64,000 bases of DNA from Camelus ferus (GCF_009834535.1 NC_045696.1:22012001-22076000); one strand, 5' to 3'; shown: positions 1 through 14,170, counted from the stretch's first letter. Notes: generated by a model not told the origin, from the sequence alone. A program made the numbers and translations.

Positions 1-976
1 CAGTGTTAAGCACAGGGATACAGCAAAGTGATTCAGTTATACATACATATATATATATATACACACACACACATATATTTTCAGATTCTTTTCTATTATA
101 GCTTACCACAAGAAACTGAATATAGTTCGCTGTGCTATACAGTAGGTCCTTGTTATTTATCTATTTTATATATAGTAGTGTGTGTCTATTAATCCCAAAC
201 TCCCAATTTATCCCTCTTCCACCTTCCTCCATTGGTAACCATAGTTTGTTTTCTATGGCTGTGAGTCTATTTATGGTTTGTAAATAAAATTTGTATTTTT
301 TTTTAGATTCCACAGTATAAGTGGTATCATATGATATTTGTCTTTCTCTGTCTGACTTACTTCACTTAATATTGATAATTCTCTAGGTCCATCCATATTG
401 CTACAAATGGCATTATTTCATTCTTTTTTTATAGCTGAGTAATATTCTATTGTATATATATATATATATATATACCACATCTTTTTTATCCATTCACCTG
501 TCAATGGACATTTAGTTTGTTTCCATGTCTTTGCTATTGTAAATAGTGCTGCTATAAATATTGGGGTGTATGTGTCTTTTCAAATTAGTTTTCTCCAGAT
601 ACATGCCCAGGAGTGTGATTGCTGGATCATATAGTAACTCCACTTTTAGTTTTTTAAGGAACCTCCACACTGTTCTCTATAGTGGCTGCACCAATTTACA
701 TTCCCACCAACAGTGTGGTGGGTTCCTTTTTCTCCACATCCTCTCCAGAAATATTATTTGTAGACTTTTTAACAACAGCCATTCCAACTGGTGTGAGGTG
801 ACACCTCACTGTAGTTTTCACTTGCATTTCTCTAATAATGAGTGATATTGAGCATCCTTTCATGTGCCTGTTGGTCATCTGGATGTCTTCTTTGGAGAAA
901 TGCTTATTTAGTTCTGCCCGTTTTTGGATTGGGATGTTTGAGGGTTTTTTGATATTAAGCTGTATGAGCTGTTTGT
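1..976 (-). mobile_element. L1 (LINE-1) 3' portion: ORF2 C-terminus plus 3'UTR, 5'-truncated; 3' end lies beyond the window start
   Basis: ORF 696..878(-) [37 protein letters not shown] matches the L1 ORF2 C-terminal motif [27 protein letters not shown]; cetartiodactyl-type 3'UTR (..tgtgctatacagtaggtccttg..). Confidence 0.95.
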
Positions 977-3217
977 CAACTAAATGTTTTGCTTTTTTTT
1001 TTAATAAATCTTCATTTATGGAAACCCATATGGATACTTATAAAGAAAACTTTATAAATACCTGTAAGACAAATGAGATTTTCAGTGAAAGATCTGGTAA
1101 TCTGAGTAGCCTAGATTGGATGATCCTCACCACTCACAAAGCAATTCAGAAACACAGCTCTTCTTGTAGGGAGTAAACACTGCCAGTAAGCACTCACATA
1201 CTTTCAATAAACGTGAGTTTGGGGGAAAAAAATGGTGTGTTTCATATCACGTATTAGAGACTAAAGAGGTGAATTCCTGATTTGTTTCTCCCTCTGATGT
1301 GATATGGAACTACTGAAAAGTCTTTCTAAAGTAGACAGTGAAAAGTACCTTCATATCCAGCCAGGGAGGTATGCCATTGTTAAATATTCAGAATTAGAAA
1401 AAAAAATCTCTACAAAAACAATAATAAAAGCCCCAAAATAAATACTTGGACCGGTATCACATCTGTTCTTATAACTTGGCTTTTATACATTTTTATTTAA
1501 TTTTTCTTTTTTCGTGGTTCTAATGCTGGTAAACAATAGAACCATTATGTGATATTTTATTAATCCTCCACTCTTTTAGCCTTTCCTAATATTCCTCTAC
1601 TCAATATTTTAAAAATACATTACAAATAGGTAAGTTGCTTAGCTACAGTGAGGGAAAGCCACATACTAAGTCTCTAGCCCTGAATTACGTCCGCAAGTCT
1701 CTATCTACCCATCACATGTGCTTTTCTCAGACTCCCAGCATTGTGTAGATATAATTTTGTAAATGCTTGATTTATCATTTTCCTTCCTCTTCCCTGGAGC
1801 TCAGTTGACTGTTATTTCTGTTGGCTCCTCTAGGTGCCTTGAGACAACTGACATTTGTAGACTTAACCTGAGCCCCACAAGTTACAAGAGCTTAGAGACT
1901 TCAGCTGTCACTTTTGTTTCCATGGAAACTCAAATCAGATTGCCAAAAAATGAGGTTAGTCACTTAAAAATCATACTGTTTAAAAAAAAAAAAAATACTG
2001 CCCATCACCATCATACTGTTTGAAATAGTGCTTTGTTGAAAGCCGTTTTCTTGTTTTTAAGGATTAAATATTTGTTTCCATGGCAGCAGATTAATAAACT
2101 ACAAAGTTAGAGCTAGGCTCTGAAAGCTCCCTCAGACAGCACCTGCACCCTCAGATCCTCCTGTGCTCAGGAAGTCACCCACAGTGTGGGACTCCAAACA
2201 TGGCTTCTTACACAATAACAAAGAACTACTTTGCTTCTATATGTATATGTTTCCCATGGATGGAATACATTAGTTAAATATAGTGACAGGAGGATTTTTG
2301 TAATAATGACAATAATAATAACTACTAGGCCTAACCGTCTACAGTGGGACTGAAAATGTGCAGGGTACTTTAATTAAGTGACCTCCAGTTCTCAAAATTG
2401 TTGTCTCCAGTTTTCATGGAAGGTTACACAGGTATTGACAAGGGAGGGAGCCATGATTCAAACACATATCTATCCTGCTTTGTGACAGGCTTGAAGATTA
2501 GGCTCCATCTGGGGGCTCATCCTTTTCAAAGTGAAGGATGGAACAGAGACAGAACAGTTTGTCCCCACCCTCACTGCCAACACAGGTGTGTGCACCCATG
2601 GTCACATGCACACAACGCATGTGGGCGATTCAATCCACGTGAGGTGAATGAGGTGAGGGGAAATCAATCTTCAGACGTGTTTAAGCCCTGATCAGGTCAT
2701 AAAAAGAATGGCCAGGTGCCCCTGAAGCCCCAAAATGGAATCTAATCTTTAAGCTTGCAACCTTTTGATGGAATTCAATGCAATATCCTTTCCCTCTTCA
2801 CACCTGACACTCTCACTCACCAACCACAGCCTAGCATATAAACTTGAACAGTGTCTAAGTACAGGCTTTACATACAACATAGGTGTGCTGATTTAAATGA
2901 ATGTATAACTTCTTTTAAATTCTTAATCAAACAATGAAAATATTAGTCAATTCAAATGACTGCAGCAGGAATTGAGTAGATACACTATTTTTACCCTGCA
3001 ACAATATTTTTTCTGATTTACTTGAGAATGCACATTACCACTGTGTAATCAAAGGCATAGGTGACCACACATTCTCCAGAAAATCAGATAGGTACAGTAG
3101 TGGTCATTTATGTCTTATTCTAAATTAATTCTATCAGAGTTAAAAATAAACCCTCAGAAGCTCTGAGGACATATTTAGTAGAAACTGGATCCATTTCAAC
3201 ATGAAACAGCTGTCTTG

Positions 3218-3292
3218 CACATTTTTTCTCAGGCAAAATGTAGATGGAAAAATGATATAACACATTTTTGTCTCCAGGCAAAATGAAATGGA
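3218..3292. repeat. Degenerate tandem duplication, period 43 bp
   Basis: cacattttttctcaggcaaaatgtagatgga at 3218 and cacatttttgtctccaggcaaaatgaaatgga at 3261. Confidence 0.75.
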
Positions 3293-4155
3293 TGATTTTA
3301 ATGTCAGTACAGGAAAAAAGGAGGGAGCAGTTCCCAAAAGAGCGATTCAGTGCTCACTTTTAATTTATGTCAATATTCTTCTATTGAAGTAAGGTAAGAA
3401 ACCATGGAATAGAACATTTTTGGAGGAACAAAGTGGAGGCCTCCCTGACATCACAATTACATACTATTTAACCTTGAACTACTTGGATTCTTTGAAAAAG
3501 GGGTAAAGTTATTTTTAATTTAAAGAGCTTAGAAGACATGGCATCAAAGGCCTAAGTGACATTTAATTTGAAGATAAAGTTACAGTGTTTCCTAAAATCA
3601 CAAGTACCTCTCCAAAGACCAACACTCTGAAAAACAATACAGAACATAATTCCTCAAGGAAAAGTCATTTTTCAAAAAAAAAAAAAAAAGTTGCCATTTG
3701 TAACTAATTACTGCCAACAATCTGCTCCATCAATTTTCAGATTTTCTAAAGTGATAGAATTTCCAAACCTCTGTGCTCAGCCATGTTAATCACTACAGTA
3801 ATCCAAGTGAAACTACAATAAACCAAAAATGTGTAGTAATCAAGGGAAATGTATTCCAAATGGATAAGCCAAAAAAAAAAAAATCAAAACTTAATCATGC
3901 TTGCAAGGTTATAAATCAGGACTAAGAAATCAAAATAAAACCAGACTACATCAGAAATGGAAGATAAATAAACCCTAAGCTATATACATATAGTTCTGTA
4001 CATTTATTTACCCACGAATTCCAACTAAGCAAGAAAACAATCATTAAACAAAGAATTTTGTACTTATAATAAATTTTACCTAAAAAAAATCAAGAATTCC
4101 CTCAAATATACTTCTAAACTGAGAAAATTTCCACCCTTTCTACTCCTCTTCTGTC

Positions 4156-4418
4156 TATGGTAGGCAACAGTCCCCCCAAAATATCCATTTCCTAATCTTG
4201 GAACCTATGAATATGTTACATTACCAGCAAAATTGTAGCTGTAATTAAGGTTACAGGCTCTAAATTAAAAAAAGATTATTCTGAATTACCTGGGACAGCC
4301 CAATCTAATCTCATGAGCCCTTCAGAGTGGAGAATATTCTCCAGCTGGAATAAGATGAGGAAGGCGAAGGAAATTCCAAGCATGAGGATTCAACATACTC
4401 TTGGTGGCTCTGAGATGT
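4156..4418 (+). mobile_element. MaLR LTR fragment (MLT1D/E-like, 5' half)
   Basis: ggaacctatgaatatgttacatt..gtaattaagg..gattattctgaattacc..cccaatctaatctcatgagccctt resembles the MLT1 LTR 5' half (recalled). Confidence 0.8.
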
Positions 4419-4504
4419 ATCTCTTGCTATTTCTGGCACATACAAAATGGCAAAGTGTAAAGAACTAAGGGGAAAAAAAGGTGAGCCAACATCTTCAATC
4501 TCCT

Positions 4505-4611
4505 CAAACTTTAGCTTGCTCATCTATAAACTGGGGACAATGCTAGCTCCCCGACAGGTTGAGAAATGAATAAATGGTTTAATAAATGTGAAAACATGTA
4601 GAAAGTGCTTA
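4505..4611 (+). mobile_element. MIR SINE core/3' fragment
   Basis: ctcatctataaactggggacaatg..aataaatgtgaaaaca resembles the MIR core ctcatctgtaaaatggggataat. Confidence 0.65.
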
Positions 4612-5714
4612 ATCTATCTTAGTCCCCTCTTCCACAGTCTCCTGTAAAGTTTTCTGAAGGTTGCAATCCCAAACTGAGGAAACACTGTTCCAATCCCTCT
4701 ATCCATAGGTGGCTGCACAAAGCAATGAAGGTTTCTATGACAAAACTGATCGCAGTGATTTAAATCTTCCTAGAAACCATTTCCAGGAACTATCCCATAC
4801 AAGTCAGGCCTGACGTCACACAAGCACTAACAGTGCTTCCCAACAACGTAGATGAAAGAAGAGGATGTTCTTACTATTTCAAGTTTACACTGACCTTCTT
4901 AGAAACTGAATGACAAAAATAAAATTTGAAATAATTTTAATAAATTATTTTAAGAGAATATATCTGAACAAACAGTCTAAAGAGTAGAAGGAGTAATTAA
5001 GGATAACAGTATAGCAGTCAAGCTGAACAAATGAAGACAATCTACCAATTCTAATGTCGAATATTATAGTGCAGAGTGCACTCCGACAACCTCATGGCTA
5101 AAGAGCTGGCAGGAAACCATTACCAGTAACTTTTGAACTTGGCGAGCTGGTTGAATTTGGTGAATTTGATTATTAGATGAATTGATTAACAGGAGAACTG
5201 ATTTTCAGAGATTCGGTCAGTTTCTCATTGACACATGAAAGGTGCTCAATTAATATCTGTTGAATGAATGGTGAGTATTGGTGTTACGTTTGGCCTTAAA
5301 CTTGGCTCTGAAATTCCTGAAATAATACATTGCTATGATTAAAATAAAAAGGATCAATTACCTATACACCCCTTTTCCAGATTTCTAACCAAAAGTATAG
5401 ACGCTTAAAAAACAGTAAGTAAAATTTTACTTTTAATCTGTCAGTTTCACAATTTTGTCAAGTTAACAAAAGTCCATCTCTCACAGAAACTTTAGATGAC
5501 AGAATATAACATGGGCTCTGTGAAAATACATCTCATTATATTAAGTTTGAGGATCATTCATGATTCAAAATTATTTTAAAATTTGTACTCAAACTTTCAT
5601 AAATAGTCAAAATATTTGTTGAGTTGTTTAGGGTTCTAATAAGGAGTGTAAAGACTGAGGACCCTTTGTGTCCCTTGAATTGATTAATGACTGACCATAA
5701 TTTTTGGATGTTGG

Positions 5715-6032
5715 AGCAAGGAAGCCACGTGAGTGTGGGAAGAGAAGACCTCATTAAGGAGATGACACTAGCCCTCAAAGGATAGGGAGTTCCCCAGGAA
5801 ATAGTGAAGACGAGGAGGGGTGCTCCTGGCAGAATACTGCATAAGGAACACTGGATTAAAGGCCTTGGGGCCTTTGAAAATCTGAAAAGTGGCCAGTGTG
5901 CCAATAATGTGATGTATAAAGTTAAAACAAAAAACTGGTATGATTAAGAAATTAAGCAGGAGTCAGTTATTGCAAGGCTTTGTAGGACATTTTAAAGCAA
6001 TTAGATTGCTTTCCTAGATACAATGGAAAACC
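5715..6032 (-). mobile_element. L2 LINE fragment
   Basis: Purine-rich antisense-L2 pattern (ggagatgaca..aaaggccttgggg..ggccagtgtg..aggctttgtaggacattttaaag..caatggaaaacc). Confidence 0.65.
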
Positions 6033-9000
6033 TAGGTTTGGGTAAATGTATTTCTTCTAAATTTTCCTTTTAGTTTATGTTTCTGTTTTAATGACCTTAT
6101 TGTCTCTTTTTTTAAGAGTTGAGTTTAAATTTTTAAGAATAATAACATATCTATAATCTATTAACATGTATTTCATGTTAACTAACATGAAGAAAATGTC
6201 ACTGGTCTTCCTAAACACAACTTCAAATGGCAGTCGAACAATTAATAGAACAGACCCTCTCTATATATTAAAAGGACATTTTGGCTGCCTCAACAGTAAT
6301 GTATCTTCTCTATAAAATCGTTTGATATTTGGCAATTCCTAGTCTCCTGATGCAATTATTCCCTACATCTATTGACTCATTAATGAGCCTTTCATTAGTG
6401 ATTAAAGATGTTTGTTTTGCAAGGAATTATCTCTTCTGATGTGTCTTTTACCAAAATAATCTTCAAATGTCTGCCATAAAATATAAGATTACCCCAATTT
6501 CAAGACTTTAAAACCAATTTTCATAAAGACAATTTTATCAAAAAGTAAAATTTGTTTCCTTTTCCAGTGGATTGCTCAAGTAGAAGATATTGATAGTCTT
6601 ATTTCAATAAGTTGTGTTTATACCAAAAATTCTATAGACCAGAGAGGCATTCAGCCCACTTGATTCCCTACTACTCAGGTTATTTATATAATTGTTATTT
6701 TGGTTCATCATATCTGTTTGTTGTTGTTGTTGTTTTTGTTTTCCAAAAACAGTATTTATTTCTCAAAGACTTTAGAAAAATTCAAAATGGTATGAGATGG
6801 GGAGGACAGTATATGGCAGCCATAATGAGAAATAAAAATGGAAACAAAGTGCATCTATTCCTGGAAGAATCTCGCTGTGGGGCAGAGGAGCAGATAGGCC
6901 ACTGTTATTTCTCATTACATTTATTAAATGTGTATTTTATCTGAGTCTACCCTACATATATTTCCCCAACCCATCCCTTAACTTGACATTTCCCTAGCTA
7001 GAGCTTGACAAAAAGGAAAGAGGAAGAAGGAGGAGAAGAAGATGGGGATAAAGAGAAGACTCTCAATAATTCCTAAGTGCTGCTTTGCCCAGGATGTATT
7101 TCAGTAACTTCACAAGAAGTTTGTGTATTTCTTGGGACAGAATCCTTAGAAGATGGCTAAGGATCTTAAACTTCTGGACAAGTACCAGTAATGCCATTGG
7201 ACAGGCATGTCTTGGTCTGAATGAGTGAATTAACATTCCAGAAAAAGTTTGATTCTCTTTAAGTGAGGCATTATTCACTACATCATTTATGAAACGGATG
7301 GTAGCATCCCACACACCTACTTTATTACAGTAAATGTTGAAATCTGGCAGAATTCCTGTCTCCTCCTGTTGATTTTGGAGCAAATTGGGAAATAAGACAG
7401 AGAAGACAAATAGATGGAAATGAAAATGTTGGCTTTATTTTTACAAGCTGATTGGGAAATGTAAATTTAGTTCTGTGGTTAAAAGGCTTACTGTCGTCTC
7501 TGCTCCCACACCACCACTACCTATACAGACACACCTATACAGTCCACCAAAGAAAAATAGTTGCATTTGCCCAAAACTGGTCACTCACACTGGCCTAGGG
7601 CAATGTGAGAAGAAAAAGATAGTTAATCTCCAAGGTCCAACAGAGCAAACAGACCCAGATGCCACTTATCAATTAAGAGACTCACTTCATCTCATGTACG
7701 GAAATGCATGGCGGGTGGGACAAGAGACCAGGAGTGTTACTCTCGCAAAAGTCTCTCCAGATAAAAACACGCAGCAAATGGAAAGAAGGTTAAATTCATG
7801 TGAGGCCCAAACAGTAGATCCCAAGAATTCTCTAGATATTAAAAATTAAGAAACCATAAGGTTGCATCCATCTTTAGGACATCAAAATCCATACTCTAGA
7901 TTTAATATTATATTAACGCTTTAAAGAACTCTGCTAGGTATCATATACTGTTATTCAAAATACCATACTGTATCTCCAGAATTTCGGAAGAAGGAAGGAA
8001 AAGCCATTTTTGCATTTTTTTCTAATTTGCTCACAAAACAATGATGTATTTAAATAGTTAACTTTAATCTTTTCATCATAAGATTTGTATATAAAAAAAG
8101 CTAGAATTTTCTCAAAAAGTAAAATGTAATACAAGCCAATATGTATTTCCTAATAAAAACTTAACTTAGCATTTAAGCTGAAGAGTCACTAGTTCTGTAA
8201 GCGGCTTGCAGATGTATTTCATATAACATCTTTATATAGATAGCTGGTATTTTGAATGGTATTCATAATGCAATCTTAGCATATTCTTTCTCCTCCTTCT
8301 CTTTACTTCACATTTTCCTTTTAATTTTTGTCCTTCATATTCACTGTTCTCTCCTTCAATATGAAAAATTTAACTGAGAAATCACAAATACATGTTTAAG
8401 ATAAAACAAATATGAGAAAATTACCCAAGACTTTGACATTTAAAGCAACTTATTTATGCTTTCGACCTATGAATTGGAAGACTTCAGGGGGGCAACAGCT
8501 TCATTTAATTATGTTGAGCAAAAGAATCAACTGACACTATTAAAAGAAGCAACTTAAACAGATAGCCTAGGTGTCCACAGTCTTGGACTATATGTAATTT
8601 TCTGAGTAGTTATTACAACACCATTGATGGTTTCTGGCAAGCCACGTACTCTGAAGCATAAAGAACCCTTATTCCTAAAGGTCTTTTGATTTCTAAAGTT
8701 GAAAAGCACTCAGCAACAATCAGAGTTCTGAAATAACACAAGCACCAGGTGCACAGGAATCATCACTGAGAATAAGATAAAGATTTTCTCTTCCATCTAA
8801 GACAAATGTCCTACGTGGTGAGAGATTCCAAATGAACTCTGTGCTGACTCCATTGGTTACCATTTGGTAAATGTCCGTCAGGTGTTCACCATGTGTTTAT
8901 CACTGCGCTAGGCCCTGGAGAAAGGGAGAGGGAGAATTCAAAGACTGACAAAGCCCAGGTCTTCCTTCATTAAGTTGACCCCAGTTTTGTCAGAATAAAT

Positions 9001-10159
9001 ATGATAAATAATAGTCTCATAGAAATGGTACTCAACAACAGGTACCAATAATGTATTCTATGTTGTATCTCTGATTTAAAAAAAAAAAGGCTTGGAAGAA
9101 TACTTATAAGACAACTAGGCTATGAGGAGAAAGCAATGACTCTTAAATGTGAGCCATCCTCTAGAATGAGAGGATGGTTAGGGGGTTGGGGTGGTTAGGG
9201 TTAAGGTATAAGGTGGCTGATAACAGAGAGTTCAATAGGTGAGACACATGATTCAAATATAATCATTGAGGCATACAGCCAACACAAATGATCCAAGAAG
9301 CAGAAGGGTATCCTGGTAAGTGTATAGGGAAATCCAGACAATAATAAGGAATACAGGAGAGGTGACTGAACACTGCAAGGAGATAGGCAGGCAGAATGTG
9401 CAGCACTGGGCCAGGCACAGCTACCAAGATCCCAACCCACGTGTGGGGTTCAGGAGCATCTGAGCTTCATTCAAAAACAAGCAACAGAAGACAGGTGCCC
9501 AACCCTGAATGTCTGCCCTGACTGCGCCTCTGAAGGCAAATTCCTGAAAATGGCATTTAAAGCTGGAACTAGATCTATCAATGTGTGTTTTCAGCAGGCT
9601 GAGGTATACTGTGCCTACTGGCAGAGGGGTTTTGGAACATAGGGGTTCTAAACCTATAAGGAGAAAGAACTAGGGGAATCGAATTTTTAATAAAGGAAAC
9701 TATAGGTTTCCTTCATTAAAGGAATTATCTACTTCTCACAGTTTGGAACTAGGACCAATCACAAATGAAACACATCAATTGCAAGCTACTTTTTATGCAA
9801 AGGAGGAAGAAACCACCTGCCAAGGAAGTACTACGTGTAATAAAAAGATACGCATGACATCTTTGAGTTCCATACAAAGCCACTGTATGTACGGAGAGGA
9901 GACAGTGGATCACAGAAAAAGACATGCTATTAATACTAAAAGAAGCATGAATGATCAGGAATATGGATAAACCCCTGACCTTAAGTAGCAGGGGAGACAA
10001 CTATGGAAAGGTCCCTGAGAGCAGGCAGGTGTATGGAGGAGGCTCTATCACTCCCTCATGTGACACAAACAACTGTCAATGCTTGAGAGAAAACACACAT
10101 TCCCAACAGACCAGAGCAGAAGACAGAGTGGCCCCCAAGGGTTCTGGGACCAAGTCCAA

Positions 10160-10954
10160 TGTTGGGGGAGGAGGGAAGGGATTCCCCACACCAAGCAGTT
10201 TTCCAACACCAGTTGGGTGTCATACAGTTCAACCCAATTCTGACACTATTGACACAGAGATTGCATCAGATCCCACAGATTATGGCCTCAGTCCCACAAG
10301 ACTGCCCACCGCCCACCCTGAGATGCCAGTCACAAGTCCAGGTTATCACCTGTGCTTCTGGTCAACTATAAATCAGAGGTTCCCAAGACCCCCTCTGTGG
10401 GTCTGAATGATTTGTGAGAGTGGCTCACAGGACTCAGGAACCTACTTACAAGATTGCCAGTTTATTACAAAGGATATTAAAGGATACAAATCAACAGCGA
10501 AATGAAGAGACACATACAGCAAAGTACGCAGGAAGGGGCACCCAGCTTCTATACTCTCTAATCCTGCCACTCTCTCATAATCACATGTTCACCAACCCAG
10601 AAGCCCTCAGAATCCCGTCCTTTTGGATTTTTATGAATGCTTTCTTATAAAGACATGATTGATTACATCACTGGCCATTGGTGATTCATTCAATTCTCAG
10701 CCTCTCTTCCCTCCCTGGAAATCAAAGGGTGGGAATGGAAGTTCCAACCCTCTAGTTGTGGTTGGTTCCCTTGGCAACCAGTCCCCATCCTACAGTAACC
10801 TAGGGGCTTTCCAGAAGTCACCTCATTAACAACAAAAGACATCTTTATCACCCTCCTCACTTAGGAAATTCCAAGGGTTTTGGGAGCTCTGTGCCAGAAA
10901 TGGGGACAAGGACCTTAAAACTGTCCTGTTCTTATTATAAATCACAATATCAGA
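10160..10954 (-). mobile_element. ERV solo LTR, MER21-like
   Basis: About 795 bp, starts TG, ends ataaatcacaatatcaga; motifs caattctgacacta..gcatcagatcccacag..cagtcccacaagactgccc..ggctcacaggactcagg..accaacccagaagc typical of MER21; tttatta gives a polyA-like signal on the minus strand. Confidence 0.8.
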
Positions 10955-11262
10955 ACCTCATGATGCAGGAATTCAGCAATGAATGCTGCCTGACAGTGCT
11001 ACTGGAAAATATAGAGATTTTCAGAAAAATTCCTGTAACGGTGCAGGACAAACATTGTTTTAACAAAGACCATTAGTCCATGAATGAGTTCTGAAGGGAC
11101 TTGGATGCAGTTAAGTGACCATCTAACTTGTGTCAAGCAACAAGGTAGGCGTTGGTCCTGCTATGATTCTGCTCTGTAAAGAAACGGCAATTGTTGGGCT
11201 CACAGTAACAAACAGTCCTTAAATATTTGAATACTGATTGATTAATTGATTGACTGATCCTG

Positions 11263-11877
11263 TGATACAGGAAAAAGAATGTGGGGCGAGAGGATGGCAG
11301 TGCCCCAGGTTTCGGCTGAGTCCCTGGGATGCTCCCCACCAAGTGTGGGTCCTTGGCTTCACTCAAGGAAAGAATTCAAGAGTGAGCCACAGTTGACTAA
11401 AGCTAGATTTATTCAGAGAGATACACACTCCATAGACAGAGTGCAGGTTGCTTTAGAAGGCAAGAGAAAGGCCAAGAGGTATCGGGGTTGGGTGCTCAGT
11501 TTAAAGTAGAAATATATACACACCCCATAGACGGAGTGTGGTCCATGTCCTTCAGAAGGGAGAGTGGCCGCGAGGCACCATGTTGCTAGTTTTTATGGGC
11601 TCTGGAACCTCATATGCTAACAAGTGGGAGGATTATTCTAACTACTTTAGGGGAGTGGGATTCCCAGGAATTGGCCATCACCTACCCTTTGTCCTTTTGT
11701 GGTCAGCCTTAAAACTGTCCTGGCACCTGCGGGCATACCATTTAGCATGCTATTGTATTTCAATGAGTGTATATTGAAGCTCAAGGTTTACTGGGAGTAG
11801 AACCTTCCACCACCTTGGTGCTAATTGCTATGTCATTCTTTTAATGGCTGTGCCCTGCCTCCTTCCCTCCTATCTCA
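11263..11877 (-). mobile_element. ERV1 solo LTR, MER41-like, with 4-bp TSD CCTG
   Basis: TG..CA ends; imperfect terminal inverted repeat tgatacagg/cctatctca; CCTG at 11259-11262 and 11878-11881; AATAAA on the minus strand near 11410; tccttggcttc..aaagaattcaagagtgagcc motif recalled from MER41-type LTRs. Confidence 0.88.
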
Positions 11878-13564
11878 CCTGGACCACTAGAAATGTGTTT
11901 CTGAAAGACTCCAGTTTCGGAAAGGATGAAGACTGTCTTTGCACTCCTTTTTCTTTCTTTCTTCTCCAAATCCCAACCATTCATCTCCTGTTGAAAGGAG
12001 AGGTGTGGTCACAAGTAGCAATAACACCGTTAATGGGTAGAAGGCATCTTGAAGAACACAGTGGAACCTACTGGGCTCGTTCAGCTCAGCAAATCTTAGA
12101 CCTTGAGGTAAATCTAAGAGGCCCTAGTTGCATAAGAAAATCCAGGCTCCTAGAGAGAAACTATGATGAGAAATTAAGGGCAAAAATGTAGACACCCTAA
12201 AGCTGGAATAAGGTAACTCACAAAAGAGAGGACACTGTAGGAGGAGCCAGGAAGACAAGTATTTTTTATGTACAGAAAAGTAAAAGGATAGGACTCCTCT
12301 TTGGACCTTAGGTTTGTAGTCACTGAAAAATGACTCACCTGTATCATTAACAAGTGCACCACACTAAGAGTGTCCTAGTTCAACTCTTTGGCATAAATAT
12401 CTCAATAGCTGAAGAAATAAAACTTCCATGATCAAAAGAAGCTACAGTTAGTTATCTGCCAGCCACATGAAGAAGCTTCTGTTCACTACTGAAGGCAAAG
12501 GGGCATCTGGGGGACTTTTTGCATCACCAGACACTGGAGCAAACGGAAATCAGCAGCAATAGAGGCTCCAAGGAGTTACTAAGAGGAGCTGATCACCTAA
12601 GGAATCACTGTGCTTGAGGTCCTTTTCTCCTCTCAATAAAGCGAATTACCCTGACTCTACACAAGATGATGGGAAAAGCCTGTGAGGCAATTCTGGAGTT
12701 GCAGCACATAAAGAAAACAATGAACAAGCAGAGCAACCAATTCAGAGGCTTACACCCAGTCCCGTAGGTCTTGATTAGAATCCATGCTTTTAGCATTTTT
12801 CCTGTGGTTGAGGTGACTTGAGAAATAAGAGCAAGACAAGTTGAGGACTCAACCACCCTCTACCTGAATAGGTCAATCAGAAGTCCTTTTTACACTGTAA
12901 GAAATATTGGGAGGTAAATATTTTTTCTTTCTTCCTGCCCCTGGTAACCCAAGTCCCGTGTACTCCTTCGAATTTCTCCTCTTCTCAGTGACACCCGTTG
13001 CAGCCCTACTTTGGATTGTATTTCTACAATCACTGCTGGGAATGAACAACACTTGCTTCAGGGCCCCCTAAGTTTAACTCAGACTAGAGTTGTAAGCCTA
13101 CGCCCTAAGTATATTGCCCGAGACTGTGAATGCCATTTCTCACCAGATCAGAGCTGGATAACTACAGATATGCAGATACAAAATCCACAAAACACACAGA
13201 ATATTAAAATGTTTAAGAAATTATATTTTAATATTGGTGGATACAAGAACTAGGAATTCTCATATTGCATCAGAACTACAATCCATCCAGTCCAGTTTTC
13301 TGTTTCCAAAACCAGTCTCCCAAATGTTTTTTGGTTTTTGTTTTTTGTTTTTTTTTTAATAATCTGAGCTTCCCTTGATAGCCATTCAGAGTTGTCATTA
13401 AATAGAATAATTAAGTAATTTTAAATTTGAGGTGTCTTGGTCACACAATTCAATTTTTTTCTCTTTATAACAAGATGACCCTGGGTCTTTCATGTATTCA
13501 TTCTTTTTGTCCCTCTACTAATTTTTATTGTGTTCCTTTTTAATAAGAAATTCCTCTCACAACA

Positions 13565-14170
13565 CCATTATGCTAGGCATTGAGATACAATGGTGAATAA
13601 GAGGTGGGTCCTGTGCTCAAGAAACTCAGAATCTAGAAGAAAGCGATGAGCAACCATCTGTAAGTTATACCCTGCATCATGAGGGTTTAAACAGTGTATG
13701 ACAGAAGCCCAAAGGAAGTAGCAATTTGTTGTAATGGGGGAGGGAGTGACAGAGGTGAATTTGAAGATTCCATAATCCATCAATAAAGTTTTTTAAAAAT
13801 AATAACAATGATAGAAGGAAGAAGGGGGAGGGGAAGAGAGAAAGGGAAACAGAGATGGAGGAGGAGAAGGAGAAGAGGAAGCAAAGAAAAAGTACATACA
13901 GTGAAATAGAAAGCTGTGGTCAGACTAGACAGAGTGTGAAGAGATGAGATCGAGGTGAGACCAGCTGGATCCCAGCATACGGTGAAGGCTGAACTTGAAC
14001 CTAGGGAGCGTGAATTTTTTCAGCACACCATTGGAAGACTTTGGAGGTTTATAAACTAGAGTGACAGGAGTTTCCATTTTATGTTTTAGGAGGAAATCTG
14101 TATGTCTGGAGACTGGATCGGTATGTTTTGAGGAGAACGGAGTCTGTAAAATTATTGCTAAATGAGGACA
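13565..14170 (-). mobile_element. L2 LINE 3' fragment
   Basis: tgctaggcattgagatacaatggtgaataag..cctgtgctcaagaaactcagaatctag is the antisense L2 3' end; continues through ccattggaagactttggaggttttata..agtgacagg. Confidence 0.75.

Noticed and set aside
7063..7849. 106-aa (minus) and 124-aa (plus) ORFs in unique sequence
   Set aside because: Non-ATG starts, no recognisable domains and no supporting exon structure.
9951..10650. 151-aa and neighbouring ORFs
   Set aside because: They run largely through the antisense MER21-like LTR.
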